A DNA stretch of 64,000 nt from Ptychomitrium polyphyllum (taxonomy: Eukaryota), in NCBI GenBank assembly GCA_973851085.1, contig OZ316776.1, positions 3,410,001 to 3,474,000 of the forward strand. The letters run 5' to 3'. The notes under the pieces are model-generated. The model did no database searches, was not told the DNA's origin, and saw nothing but the letters and a program-made list of their open reading frames with translations. This document shows, piece by piece, positions 13,544-33,126 of this stretch. The first letter of the stretch is position 1; every line of letters begins with the position of its first letter. The position numbers and the translations under genes were made by a program.

Positions 13544-16367
13544 ATTCAGTACTCCACTGATCATGAACACACACTGGTACTCCACTGAATGCCCATCAGT
13601 CTCAAAGGTTAACACTTGGCTCCCTGGCTGCCCAGATTTGCTCCCCACCTGCTTGCTGTATAGCTCACAGAGTGCGAGGGGTTGGGTAATTTGCTCGATA
13701 TTTGCTTGTCGTTCACTTGGAGACTGTGAAGCAAGACATTCATTTCAGCATCCCGATGGTAAAGGTAAAGTTGTCAATGCTTTTGATTCACGCTGCAGGA
13801 TATGGGGAGTAGTGTGGAAGCTTTTGTACATTAACTTGTAAATGCAGTTGTGGATCAAAGTGTATAGACCTAACACAAATTACTAGAAGATTCTGAAAAG
13901 AGGACGTGTAGCATATCAACAAAAGGAAGCCAGTATACTTATATCTGTCCACTTATTACTTATATTTTAAGCTAGATTTTGAAGTAATTAAAAAACATTA
14001 CAACAAATAACAAATAAGTTAATTAATACTTAGTATAAGTTTTGAGGCCATTGGAACATGTTTGCTAATTTATTTATTGATTTTAAAGATTTTTTGCTCA
14101 CTCATCTAAAAAAATCATTACTTTTGAAATGTTATAGATCTCAATGAAAGTAAAATGTATAAATTTCAATTGTACAATATTATAAATGACTTATTGCAAA
14201 TGACATATATCAAATTTGAAGTCATATGGACATATAGAATAGATGATTATGATGTTTTAATAGAAAAAGGTGAATATAATTTTAGGTCAATGGTACATTT
14301 GAATAGACTTCCTATTAATTAGCTCAAGCATAATATAATTAAAATTTCATTTAAGAAGTTGTTTTAAATTACTTTTAGAATACATTGGTACAAATCTTTT
14401 GATTAAAAAGCATTGGCATGTCCAAAAATGCTACTTATATTAACAAATAATAACAAGGTTTTTATTAAATCTAGAATTTATAATGCATTTGAAGATCCAT
14501 GATGCATTAAACAAAGCAAAATTTTTACTAAACCTTATATAATTAATTCAATGAATTTTTTTCATTATTGCTAATTTGATCTTACAACTTGTCCAACTTT
14601 AAACTTTTGTTGTGTATGAATTTAATTTTAAAATAGTAAACTCAATCTTAGTAGATAAATCTTTTGGATGAAATGACAAATTTATATATTGACCAATTTA
14701 AAAATGAAAAATTCCAATCTAAGAATAATAGATAGAGTGGTAAAAAAAATTTAATAAATTGTTTTATTAAAATTTCCATTTTATGATATTTGGGCTTCTA
14801 TGTAAATAGCATGATTTATAAAAATCACAAGATAAATCATAGCAAGGCAAACAAAGAAAACAATGAAAGCATTTTCTTTCAAAGATTAAATATAAACTTA
14901 ACTATGCATCAAAATTTTCATTAATCAATTAAAACTAGGAATGATGAGTTGAAGGTGAATATAATGTAACATTAATATTAGAAATGAATGGAGAAGTTGT
15001 AGAACGTGCGGAACCACATATTGGATTACTTCAGTCATGATTGCTTGTTCCCCACCACGGGTGGCGCATGGGGTGATATAATCTCATAATGTTTGCACCT
15101 ATAATGAAAAAAATAAAACATAAATTTAAGGTGGTATATTTCTGTGTCAATGTATGTGATGTGCTGGAATTCATTGAAATGTGTGGTGTTTGGTTCAATT
15201 AATTGATATTCAGCACTATGCAATACAATATATAAATCAGTGCTAAACTTAAGCTATGCATTAACTGTATTTTATGGTATATTGAAATCCCTTCAATTCT
15301 TTACGGATTTGATTCACAATTCCTATAGAACTTTTATATATTAAAACATGTACTTTGTCGACATTGTACTGAAATACCCTAAATTTTTCTAATAGTTTTG
15401 TAAAATGTATTATAAGTTCAGAGCGAAATTTAGTTTCGAAAACAACGTATATTCTTGTTAGGTCTAAATGTTGAAAACCTATCATTTTACTTAACGAATT
15501 ATTACTTGTTCCTTAATATACACATTTGTCACTAATTCCCAACCGTGCTTCCACACATGCTCGTTCCAAGTTACTATGAACAGTTCTATATCCAAGCATA
15601 GCATCTATAAGCCTATGGCATACACATGCCCGCACATTGGAAGCACGCACATTATTTCCACACTTACATGCACACTTCTACTTGGTGATATAGAAATGGT
15701 AGATATGCCTTTTTATATCAATCGTTCTCCAAGTGTAATATTTCAAACAGAATTGAAATATTCTTCCTGCAGCATGATTACCATTTGATTTCCCAACTGG
15801 AGAAACAGTTGCAGCGTGCTTTTGTAGGCCAAACTCTTCCTGCACTCTCATCTTTCAACATATCCTTCTGCATGTCATCTAACATAAGCACTCAGAGACT
15901 GAATCAAATAGTAGTATACCACAATTTCAGTAAGACAATTTCCTTAGCAATCTGTATAATGAATGCGTTGCACAACTAAATTTCATAGCTTCAATAGTTC
16001 TACTAACCACAGCTTTCTACTCCCCAGAACAGAACCAACCAAAAAAGCATTCTCTACGTAAAAGTCATGGGCACTCCTGAAGTAAAATGCATGCAGCACC
16101 AGCCAAACAACAGTACAAGCAACAATTCTGTTAAGCCCAGAATACTCGCTTGACAACATCCTGATATTCCAACCTCAACAAGCACCATCAACACAAAACT
16201 CAAAAGCTTCGTACTCCTGCAGCAACAAAAGTGCTAGAGACCGTGAAACAAGGTCGTAAACAAACCAGTTGAATGCAAACAAAACTTCATTGGTTAGAAA
16301 TAGCCACCTCACAAGTCTCAATGAAGTAAAGGGGACACCCACAACACCGTGAAAGCGATGTAATCTA

Positions 16368-19936
<3,569 letters not shown>

Positions 19937-21551
19937 GGCGCTGCGGCGGTGGGCGTGAGAGGAGGCCTGCGTGAGAGCTCCGGAGCTGCGAGTGGCGCTG
20001 CGACCACGGCCCTGCTCTGCAACTCCGCTGCCGTCGTCACCGCAGCTGCACCGGCGCTCGCCTTGCGAAGACCCGTCCAGGGGCGTGCGTAGATGCTGGC
20101 GGTTCCGCTCCGCCGTCGGCCCCAGTTCCCGTTGCTTCGGATTCCTCGTGATCGCTTCGGTGGTTGTCTATCTACGTGCGTGGGTAGATGTAGAGGGTTG
20201 GCTCAGCTGTTCGTCGGGCTGTTCCCAGTCTGGAGCGTGTTGTAGTGGCTGTTTATGTTTCATCCCAGTCTAGAGAGGGCGGAAGCAATCCAAATAGCAC
20301 GAGGTGCCAACATAAGATCCACCCGAGCAATCTCCCAAGTCTATTCGTGTAATATTTTCTTGAACTGATTTTGGTGCAAGTAATGATTACTGAGTGCAAT
20401 CTAGAAGAGCGAGAGATCGTGCACTTAGTGCACATCAGTTCCTCGTGATTCTTAGGAGGCATATGAAAGTTGTGGCACGCATGGCAAGGGGTCACTTATA
20501 AATGTAAGTGTAGGGATAGATGAAATGTATTGATACCACAATGACAGTTTTGATCATAACCTTTTGGTATGAATTACATATTAGTTTAATTGTGGGAACC
20601 TGCATGCCTTTTGCCATGTGGGTGAAATTAACAAAACCTGGTTGAATTTGAAGTTGGTGAAACTTTTGTGTATGTTTGTTGTATAGGTTGTGATAATGAT
20701 ATTCAAATATCTATCTTTAATTTAGTGCACAAGAATCGTACATATAGAGGGAAGAATTGTATGTCCAAGTGAGATGTTAATCACGTTGAAATGATTGTCA
20801 ATGTTGATTTTGACATCTTTATAATTCACTTCTTCATATTCTTTCATTACCATGATTTATGGAAGGTGACATTATTGCTTGAGGTTGTATAATATACATA
20901 ACGTTACTTTGTAATGAACTTATATGGATTGTTATATCTTTGCAACTACTAAAGGACCATTTTCCTTATTTTGATGTTCAATTTTTGTAACTAATCACAA
21001 TATTTAAATTTTCATTCTATATATTTTTAATTACCAAGCCTGAATCAACACATTTAATATCAAATAGCAAAAGATATTCGAGCACATTATTTTTAACTCA
21101 AATGTACTAAAATTCCTAGCATTTGCAATATTGTATGTAAAGCCATGAATGAAAGCTGCAAAATCAACCTTCCACTCATCATTTTCATTTAGTAGTTTGA
21201 AGATAGAAAGAAAATGTCTTTACCAAAAAAAATTAAATTTCCACCATACACCATTCTTACTAGAACATGAAACAATATGACTTGAAGTGAAGTTTCAATT
21301 TCTAGGCGGAAATTAATTATATTATTTGTGCACAAGGAAGCATGTCAGGAGCACATTGAGAAAGTTCAACTATGAATACGTTACAACTCAATCAACACCT
21401 TGTAAATGACATAAGCACCACCAATATGGAAAAAAACACGCTAATTTAAAATCATTATACTTAAAGTGTGGAAATGGAGATTTGAATAATTATAGCCATT
21501 GCTACTCTCACATTTGAACTCCATTATAGTACAAATCCAATAGTCACCTTG

Positions 21552-22964
21552 TCAAACTATCCCATTTTCTTCCATGAACTTTCTACAACATTCATAAAAC
21601 TCTCCCACCTCTACGGAATTCTCTAAAAGTACATCCTTTATTTCTCCAAATGAAGGTCTAGCTCTAAGATTGGAATGCCAACATCTACTCAATAGTTTGT
21701 GCATCCATTCATCAACAAACTTTGGTACCTCTGGACGTTGTCCATTTAAGACAAGATCGTAATCATTCCATCGATGATTCCCAAATGGAAGCTTCCCTGT
21801 CAATATCTCATAGCATGTCATTCCAAAGGCATACACATCCGCTTCCTTTGAAAATACTTCAGGCTTTTCATACACACTCCTATCTTTAATAGCTTGCAAT
21901 ATCTCTAGAGCCCTCCAAAACCCTGTTCCAATGACTAAATTCGAACATTCAAAGTCCGATACACATAAACGCCAACCCCCTTCAACATTAGATACAAGCA
22001 CATTGGAAGCCTTGAGGTCCCGATGCACAATGTCACGATCATGCAACCATTGCATCCCAAGTACAATACAATACATGACAACTTCGGCTCCTCCTTTTTC
22101 AAACGGACCACACTCTTGGCCAATCCTCAACTTCATGTCACGGTCAATGAGAGCTCGCAAGTCTTCAACTTCCCTTTTCATCACAAATGCAAACCGGCCG
22201 TTCTCCAACAATGTTGCACAAAGAACATCACAAGTGTATGCTAACGGTTGAGGTAGCTTTAGCCTAGTGCGTCTAAGTTTCTCCGCATCAGATTGCAACA
22301 GTCCACGAGGCCACTGCTTCTCCAAATCGCTCAACAAGGTGCCCTTCTTAAACACCTTCAGCACCCACTCATGCCCCTTTTTCAAACAATCCTCATTCGC
22401 CCATTCGTTTTCCCAAATGATATGGGCATGAAAGAGCTCAGCCTGCCCACCCTCTGCAAACTTCTTCCCCACCACCAGTGAACCCGAACTTCTCCGCATT
22501 CCTAAATCATAACCAAATGTCCGAAAGAAACTACCCCAGGTTGGATGCGATTGCAGAGCCTTGAACACTTCCACGTTGCTCTCCTCTACCACCTTCTCAT
22601 CGGGATCGGGCCTACTTCCACCAAAGCAAGCGCCCAAGATTCTTGAACAACTACACGACTTCTTACATCCCGCATTCCTAGAACTGGGCTTCACCACCTC
22701 ACTCCAGTGACTCTTTGAATGCTCGATCTGCTCCTCCACGCTCAGCCTGTTCCCATCTCTCTCCGTCCTCTTCCTCACGGTCTCAGTGGTCCCGGTGCTC
22801 TCAGCGCGCGCAGGGAGGAATGCTGGAGAAGCGGTGCCGGCATGCTCGATTTCACTTCCCAGTGCCGGGACAGGCTCTAAGCCGCCCGATGCACCGCTCT
22901 GTAAACAAGGCTCTGACGATGGCACTTCTTCCAACTGGCCGCTGCGTGCACTTGTATCTGCCAT
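21552..22964 (-). CDS. Intronless TKL/Raf-like protein kinase with non-canonical motifs
   Basis: KFAEGGQAELF (Gly loop), VLKVF, HRDLKASNVL, SDFE, GTGFWRALE, DVYAFGMTCYEILTGKLPF, CW..RPSF. ATG at 22964; the true 5' end is uncertain. Confidence 0.85.
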   Translation of the reverse strand: MADTSARSGQLEEVPSSEPCLQSGASGGLEPVPALGSEIEHAGTASPAFLPARAESTGTTETVRKRTERDGNRLSVEEQIEHSKSHWSEVVKPSSRNAGCKKSCSCSRILGACFGGSRPDPDEKVVEESNVEVFKALQSHPTWGSFFRTFGYDLGMRRSSGSLVVGKKFAEGGQAELFHAHIIWENEWANEDCLKKGHEWVLKVFKKGTLLSDLEKQWPRGLLQSDAEKLRRTRLKLPQPLAYTCDVLCATLLENGRFAFVMKREVEDLRALIDRDMKLRIGQECGPFEKGGAEVVMYCIVLGMQWLHDRDIVHRDLKASNVLVSNVEGGWRLCVSDFECSNLVIGTGFWRALEILQAIKDRSVYEKPEVFSKEADVYAFGMTCYEILTGKLPFGNHRWNDYDLVLNGQRPEVPKFVDEWMHKLLSRCWHSNLRARPSFGEIKDVLLENSVEVGEFYECCRKFMEENGIV

Positions 22965-25900
22965 CACTGCTCACTGCCCCAGCTATGGAACGGCTCGCTC
23001 TTCCAGCCCCTTGCAGTCGAAGCTCAGGAGTGAGGGTTCTAAGAGGGACGACGTCTACTTTCAGAGCACGAAATGCGGATGTCCTCTCAGATGTTGGAAA
23101 CCCAAGCCAACAGCGCCGCTCTGCTTGAGCTTGCTGCGACATGGGAACTCCAGAGTGCGAAGTTGCGAACCCGCTATGCTCCCCCTCAAACGACGAATCC
23201 ACTTGCACATGGAATGATCTCTACACGGAAGTGCGGCCGCGACAGTAAACGATGGAATCTGAAGGCTTCGGATGACGGCCGAGCCGCGAGAGGGGGGATA
23301 TCCCGGTGGAAGAGCGCCCACGCACTTCCAGGAGACCGCACGAAGGACAGATCGCCGCCCCTCGCTCGTCCGTGGATGCAAGGGGATGTTAGGGCTGCCG
23401 CGGTGCAAGGGCGCTTCCTCGTATGCGCGCTCTGCAGACACAAACTCTCCTCAACGACACTCCAGAGATGCTGAGAGGCTGCGAAACTACCTGAGGCCAC
23501 AGTACTCCAGCGCGTGAGGGCACAGGGAGGCTGTAACCTCACAGTAGGCCGGTGCTTGTGTCCGTCGGGACGCGGTAACAGGCTGGATGGCAATAGTCGA
23601 CAGTTCCTTCTTCTCGCAGGCACGGCACGAGGTCAGGATTGAAATATGCTAACTCCTGGTACAGAATCGGATGCGCCACTTGATTCTCTGTTCACGCAGC
23701 ACGAGCGCCCTAGTTCTCCATCGTCACGGATCAGAAATTGGGGACGTCAACCGCTACCCCTCGACTGTTACCGGGCACCTCAGTTTGTAGGACACTGGTT
23801 ACTGACCCGGTCAGAAGGAAAGTTCGTCACCACTTCTGGACGTAATGCTTGAAGTTCGAACAGGAAAGCATCCGACGAAACAACCTGGTCCTCTAACGCA
23901 TCTAGGAAACTCACTGGTTTTGCCCCCTAGGAATGACCTCTTGGTGGCCTTGCTAACTTGTACTCTGCAGAGCTGAGTCGAACAAGTCCACGGACTAGGA
24001 GAGAATTGACCATCGGTTTCAGCACGGGTGATCCCTGAGCAGGGAATATCTACCAAGTTGCAGGTGGACGTCGGAAGTCAACCACACTGGGGTTTGACAC
24101 GTTGAGCAACTGGTCCTACATCCACTTCGACGCTCTCTGCAGCTCCTCAGCCGACTGACCTGCCGTCGTTGATTGCTGTGGATGTTCATCTGCACTGGCC
24201 TTCGACACCTCCAACCGACTTGACAAATGGCAAGGCTTGTCCAGCTTTGAACTTGTGCAAGTTTTGACGACGTTGAGGCTGACAGTAGCGAGTCCACCCT
24301 GAGGTCCATTGATTAGGAACTTGTAGCTCGCACGTAGTGCAATCTGGAATGAAGACTACTTTCACGCTGACAAGGTAGGGGACGGTTTTAAGGAATTTAA
24401 GACGTGTATATTGAAAGCGTTCATGATTGTAGAACTTATTATAAGTGAAAGCTACTCTAAAGGCTTCAACTACATGGATGTGCTTGTTTCACTTCTTTGC
24501 ATCATATCAATTCTAATTTTTTTACCAGTGTAACATTTCGGGTTCATATTTGCTTCAATTAAACACTAGCTTTATGCTACTATAATTCTTCAAAAATCTA
24601 TGTTTGTTTATAAGCTCAAATCTATTTATGTATTTAAGTATGTGGTTCTTTTTATTTCATGAATGAGGATAAGCATGTTTTATCAAAATTTTAATAATTA
24701 GGGACTATAGATTTTATAATAGGCATTTAACTAGATAATATTAGTACAAATCCATATACATAGTTTATACAACGCAATTCTATTTTAATGAAGTTTAATA
24801 TGTTATATGAGATAGTTTGTAGTATTGTACAATTTAACTTACATCAACAAGATATTAAATACAACAATAATAAACCAAATTATTTTTATTTTCAATTATA
24901 ACGTTAGATTATTACTTTGGATTGTTTTTTTGATTTGATTCAGTTAAAAGTGTACATTTCATCTTTTTGTCTATTAATAGAAAAATATAATTTCTATCAT
25001 ATTGAATTTAGATAGACAATTTTTTTAGAGTTCTCTTAAATTTGCTAGCTTATATCATAATAGAATATCAAACAATTAATTGAAGAATGCATTAAACAGT
25101 GGATTAATTTTACACTACAAAAATTGTATGATTTTTAACAATAGTAATGGCTTAATAACAACCATGGTCAAATTACACCTCCTCAAAATTAAGAACAAAA
25201 ACAAAGAATATCAAGTGTAAAGTATATATTGTCTAAAAAGCTATATAAAATTTTTATAGATTTTTTAAATGTAAAATATATTTTTTAAAGGAAAAATTAT
25301 AAAACAAAAATGGTGCAAGATGATATAGTTTAAAAAGTGAATAAAAGAAAATAATTATTTTATAACAAAAAATGTAAGCTCAAAGTGGAATATATTGTGT
25401 CACCAATTACAAATCTTATTTTAAATGAATTGAAATTCAAAGGAACAAAATTGGTTTTTTAATTTAAAAACATGTTGATATATTTTCTCTTATTATGTGA
25501 ATTTTTAGAATTTCAATGTTAATTCTATAAACCTTTAATTTCAATTATATAAAATCTTATTATGCATTTAATAAAGTCTTTATTTAAAAAAATTAATATG
25601 CAAGTTTTTACGACCTAATTTATAGTTGAAACCATATTAAAATGTATGATGTATAATGCATTATTGAAAGAAATTCAACATATGAACTTAAAATTGGCTT
25701 CAATATCATTTAACTATAGGAATATATTGCAATATTAAAAAGATTTTTTGAAAACAACCACCAAGTAATTAAGATGTAATATGCTAAATAATGGCCATTA
25801 GATGGACGGTCACCTTGGCTAAGCACTAAGTCTTGTCAATGGCCATAATTTTACAAGCTTTTCATCAAGAGTCAATTGTACACTTCATTTTACAAACTAT

Positions 25901-27068
25901 TCAAACAATTTAATTAAACTATATAACACATATTATATATACTACTTGTCTTTGATTATAAAACCACCTTAAGAAATTTTGGATGGAATGTATAATCTTC
26001 CTTTGATGGAATTTGTACTGTTTCAACAAATTATAAGTAAACAGTGTGATTAGCAATAATAAAGCTTATGGTAGAAAAACCTGATTCTTACATATAGAAA
26101 AAGATAGATACATATTTATTTGGTTGCTTGTTTTTTTGAGCATCCATTGTAATTTAATTAAGTTTCAACCTACCAATTAGACTATAAGGATTAAAAACTA
26201 AATAATTGTCACAAGAACAATTACAAGTATTATACTGTGCATATCAATTTTAAACCATCCTATAAAAATATTTTTTACACTTGAGAGCTTAGACCCTAGT
26301 TCAAAGATACAAGTGGTATTTTACTTGAAGAATGAAACAATTGTAAGCATAATTCCTTCTACTAAAATAATAATTTTTAATAGGCTGTAATCCAAAATCT
26401 AAATGTAAATTTAAATAGGAAGCTTAAGAAATACAATGAAAAAAATATGGAAATGATTATTTTATTTATAAATTTCCATTATTTTTAAGAATTGATTACT
26501 TTATTTTTATAAATTTTTACTATTTTCAAACTTTATAAGGATAAAATACATTTCAAGCTCAAACTTTGTTTATAAAAATTTAGTAGTAGCATCAAGTCGT
26601 ACCTATCATTTATATGGTCCAAAGTGTTCATTTACCACATACTTGTATTAGAAATTTCTAAATTTTAGGGCTCCAAATGTACCACATAGGCACACTTGTC
26701 CATTAAGAACACTGCCACTGTTAAATACCTTTAGAATATGGAATTTGTAGCCTAAATTGCTCGCAAAAATACGGTTAGATTTATTAGGTCTTAGTCCACC
26801 TCTGTCCTTATTACTCAAAAGGCAAACATCATATTGTATGGGGAAAAAAATAATCAGTAACGTATTTTTGAGGCCAAAAAGTATCCATCTATCCTTAATG
26901 GTCTTTGTGATTCCATGAAAGAAAATGAGTGAATCTTGCAGTGATTGAAAGCATGGATAGTAAGATGACATTCTTTTTGAGATGGCGTGACTTGAGCTTC
27001 CAAGGTTAAGCCAAGCGGTAGAATGTGCTGAAGAAGAAAGCTCCTGTGCACATACACTGTGAGCGAAG

Positions 27069-29392
<2,324 letters not shown>

Positions 29393-31832
29393 TATGTTGA
29401 TTAATTTAGAAGTTTAGATTTTCAAACTAAACTACCTGCCATGGCTTACAAAGCATATCTTCCTATTAGGATGTGTGCAAGGTTAAAGCAGATACCATTG
29501 TAACCTTCTGTAGCTAGATAGAAGTAAGAGCAATGCAAATTATGAATATTGAATATGAGTAGCAAATTTACAAGAAAATGACCATTAAGAACCAAAAAAC
29601 TAAATGAATTGAAAGTAGCAACATTGTGTTTGAACATAAATGTATGTATTTATATAGATAGTATGCTAAAATTCTAAAGTAAAAATTCCAAATTCATTTA
29701 TTAACATGTGTAAATCATATGTTTTGCTCTTACTTCTACAATAGAATCATAATATGATTTAAAAGTATGTTTTTATCGCAACAAGCCTATTTTGGATGAT
29801 TATTCAAAAAAAATCTTAACAATTTTTGTAATATTTTGAGGAGTTTAGTTGGTAATATTGATGTGCAAAAAGTACAATATGCATTTTAATAATATAAGGT
29901 AATATTTGTAAATTTAAATTTATTATAATTTTTAACAAATGGTTTCTTTACAATTGTATACTAATACAATAATTTCATTTAAAATATAAAAGTCCCTTTT
30001 AAGATATTTCAAAAACATTCTTTTAAACTACAAAATATTTCCACTACTTCTTGGTCTTCCAAAGAAAGTACCACATAGATCATTTTTATAAATATAGCAA
30101 CAAAATTAGCTGTGAAAGAAAATTTGTATCATAAAGAAGGCTATGAAATGAAATTCAAGTTTTTGAAAAACTATATACTCCTTTTTATTTTGAAAAATCT
30201 AAATTGAATTGTAAATTCTACTATAAAATCAATTATACAACCATGGAAATTTACTAGAAATTCCAAAAGTAGTGTGTTTTGGAAATAGAACTTTAAACGG
30301 TTCTTCTTATGCCAATAGATGGTTTTTACTTCCATAGTAAATGGTTACCACTTTTACAAGGTGGTAGGAGTTCTACTAGCATTATGAAGTAGTATGGTAG
30401 TAATAGAAAGAAAATAAAACCACACTTATTTTTTAACAAAAAATTAAGGTGATAATTAGTTTGATATGTATTTATGTTTTGAATAAGATTAGGTGAATTA
30501 TACAAGCTTAGGATGACAATCATGAGCTCATTTTTAGGTAATTACAGCCCCACCTACTCAAAGTTATAGAGCGTTGGTGGAATTATCCTTTTAAAAATTC
30601 ATAATTAATTCCAAAAAGATCAAAAAATTATGATGCCATCTCCATTCTTCTTTAAACCTTAAGTTTTAGATACTAGCCCTGAAAAAATATATATACAAAA
30701 GTTCAATAACTCGAACACACTTAATCCTTCGTTGAGGTGGTGATTGGCTGGATCACCTTCTAGGCTAAGATATCCTTTCTCAGCCGTGCTTACAGCCTCA
30801 TGAAGGCTTCCATGCAAAGTTTGAATACCCTTAATGTCGACCAAGTGACTCTGGTGGTAGATTCACGTATACCGTCGGAATGCAATCTGGTGTAGCAACA
30901 TGAAGCTTAAATTTCTGAAATGGTGGCGCAGTATGTTGTAGATTATGAATGGAAATTACACTTAGCACAATAGTCGGCCATATCCACGTTGAGCACGTGT
31001 GGTGCCAAACATTGAAGCAACCATTTCAAATGCAGTGTACTGTATATTCTCGTCCACCGAAATTGTCACAACGATGATCTCAAGCCCATGTTCTGACTGA
31101 AATGCTTTGCTAGCGTAATTATCACCTCGTAGCTAAAAGTCTTCAACCTAACCATTGCTGCTTGAGCACATTCCTAACCACGGAAACAGCCAACATATTC
31201 TTCCTCACAAATCTTGAAAATCCAATGCAACTATGGCATAGTCAAGACACCTCTGTACGAACAACATTGCTCACAACAAAAACACTGCCACAATGATATG
31301 TTACGACAGCCATCACAAAAGATTCATGTATGTAACGAAACGAACCACCGAAAATTAAAACTCCCAGCAGGTCGTCACATACGACTAAAGCTGCTCCCAC
31401 GGCGTTGAGAACTGTGCACTAATATTGAAGCTCACTCTCGTCAAGATTGCGATACCTTACACAGTAAAACAGAGTCTCGTATAATGTCGACTTTCACATC
31501 AAACAGTGGGCCTATTTTACAGCAAAAGAGAGACTGTTGCAATGGTCTAATAGAAATGCATAAATTTACTCGTTTATTTGCTCGTTTATTTACATTTTAG
31601 AAACTTAACTTCAAGAGTTCATTGGCCTTTATTCCCAGCCAGCTAAGAGATTGCAAGATTCCTGGCATTAGCTGAGGCCTTCTTCTACTAATAAAAACAA
31701 TCACATTAGACATAGTAGCAATAAAACCGATCAACACCTTTACAGATATAAGCTAAGTACCGGGATTAGCGATCGAGACATTCATATTGATTCTCCCTGA
31801 ATATCATAGAAGCGATTTGTAGCACCAGAGCT

Positions 31833-32294
31833 TCAAGCAATTTCGATCTGGCGCACTTGTTGCTTTGGCTTCTGAACCTTCGGAATCGTCACAGTCAGAA
31901 CACCGTCTTGCACTTGCGCTTTCACGTCGTTCACATTGGTATTCTCCGGCAGACGGAACCGTCTCATGAAACTGCCCTGAGAGCGCTCAACCCGATGCCA
32001 AGTATCGCCCTTCTGCACCTCCTCTTTCTTCTTCTCCCCGCTGATCGCCAACGTCTTTCCTTCCAGGACCTGCACCTTCACGTCCTCTTTCCTCAGCCCC
32101 GGCAGGTCCGCCTTGAAGATGTGTGCCTCTGGCGTCTCCCGCCAATCAATCTGCGTTTTAGCCAGGGCGTTCGCCTCCCGTGCAAACTGCCGAGACGGTC
32201 CACTCTCAAACGCCGATAACGGATCCCAAATGCTGCCGATCTCAAAGGGATCAAGGACGACGTTGCCTCGACCACCAAAAAGAGAAAGTGCCAT
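31833..32294 (-). CDS. Cytosolic class I small heat-shock protein (HSP17/HSP20), intronless
   Basis: MALSLFGGRG..DPF..WDP, IDWRETPEAHIFKADLPGLRKEDVKV, WHRVERSQGSFMRRFRLPEN, GVLTVTIPK (alpha-crystallin domain). ATG at 32294 preferred over the upstream near-cognate start in the ORF track. Confidence 0.96.
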   Translation of the reverse strand: MALSLFGGRGNVVLDPFEIGSIWDPLSAFESGPSRQFAREANALAKTQIDWRETPEAHIFKADLPGLRKEDVKVQVLEGKTLAISGEKKKEEVQKGDTWHRVERSQGSFMRRFRLPENTNVNDVKAQVQDGVLTVTIPKVQKPKQQVRQIEIA

Positions 32295-32614
32295 ATCCGC
32301 CTCTGCTTTTCGAAGAAACGTCAAACTCAGCGCAGTTCGCAATCAACCTCTCAAGTTTCCTCTCCGCTGCAAAAAAACGCCAACAGAACAGAAGAACAGG
32401 AACAAAAATGAAGAACCGCAAGATGAGGTGCTTGAGAAATCTGACCTATCACAAATTACAGAAATGAGAGCTCGACACTAGACAAGAAGACAGTCCAACT
32501 CCAAGAAAGAAGCGCTAGGTGTTCGCTGTGAGCCTGTATTAACAGCAAGTTGCAATGACTGTATGTATGAAGATGACTCTGTGAGATGCATCCAGCGATG
32601 GAGGCAGGAGCTCC

Positions 32615-32620
32615 TTTATA
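32615..32620 (-). promoter_or_regulatory. Probable TATA box of the sHSP gene
   Basis: TATAAA on the minus strand, between the HSE at 32733-32752 and the CDS. Confidence 0.55.
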
Positions 32621-32732
32621 GGAACGGAAATGGTCGAAATGGAGAACTGCGAACTGCGCATATGCGAATTGCGAGAATTGTGTGGAAGATTGTGAGGAGT
32701 TTGGAAGTGTGTAGAAGAAGCACGAGTGGTGA

Positions 32733-32752
32733 AGAGAGCTCTGGAAAGTTCT
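32733..32752. promoter_or_regulatory. Heat-shock element (proximal)
   Basis: GAG-ag-CTC-tg-GAA-ag-TTC: four alternating nGAAn-like pentamers in register upstream of the sHSP gene. Confidence 0.7.
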
Positions 32753-33049
32753 CTAGCGAGAAGCCTCACAGACAGGCTTGTGCATAACAGGAGTATCGGC
32801 TGATTATCTAGGTATCAACTGAAAAGTAACAATCTTGGACTTTTAGACCTTCACTATGAGGAGGAACTGTTCTCAAGGAGTTCAAAGACAGGGTTCACAG
32901 ACAGCCTGCTCACAACGTCGCGATCTTGTGCATTTCTCCACACACCCGCCTGGATAGTACTCGAGTAGCGTTCGGGTATCACAGGAGTACCCGCTAAAGT
33001 ATCACACGAGTATCATGCAGGTATCCGAGGAATTTGTAGAGGTGAAGGA

Positions 33050-33126
33050 GTTCGGGAGAGTTCTAGAATCAGCGGGAAGATGAGTGGCGTTGCAGCTATC
33101 TCAAGTCTGTATTTCACGAAGTTCCG
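33050..33126. promoter_or_regulatory. Distal heat-shock elements
   Basis: TTC-gg-GAG-ag-TTC-ta-GAA (33051-33068) and TTC-ac-GAA-gt-TCC (33113-33125). Confidence 0.6.
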
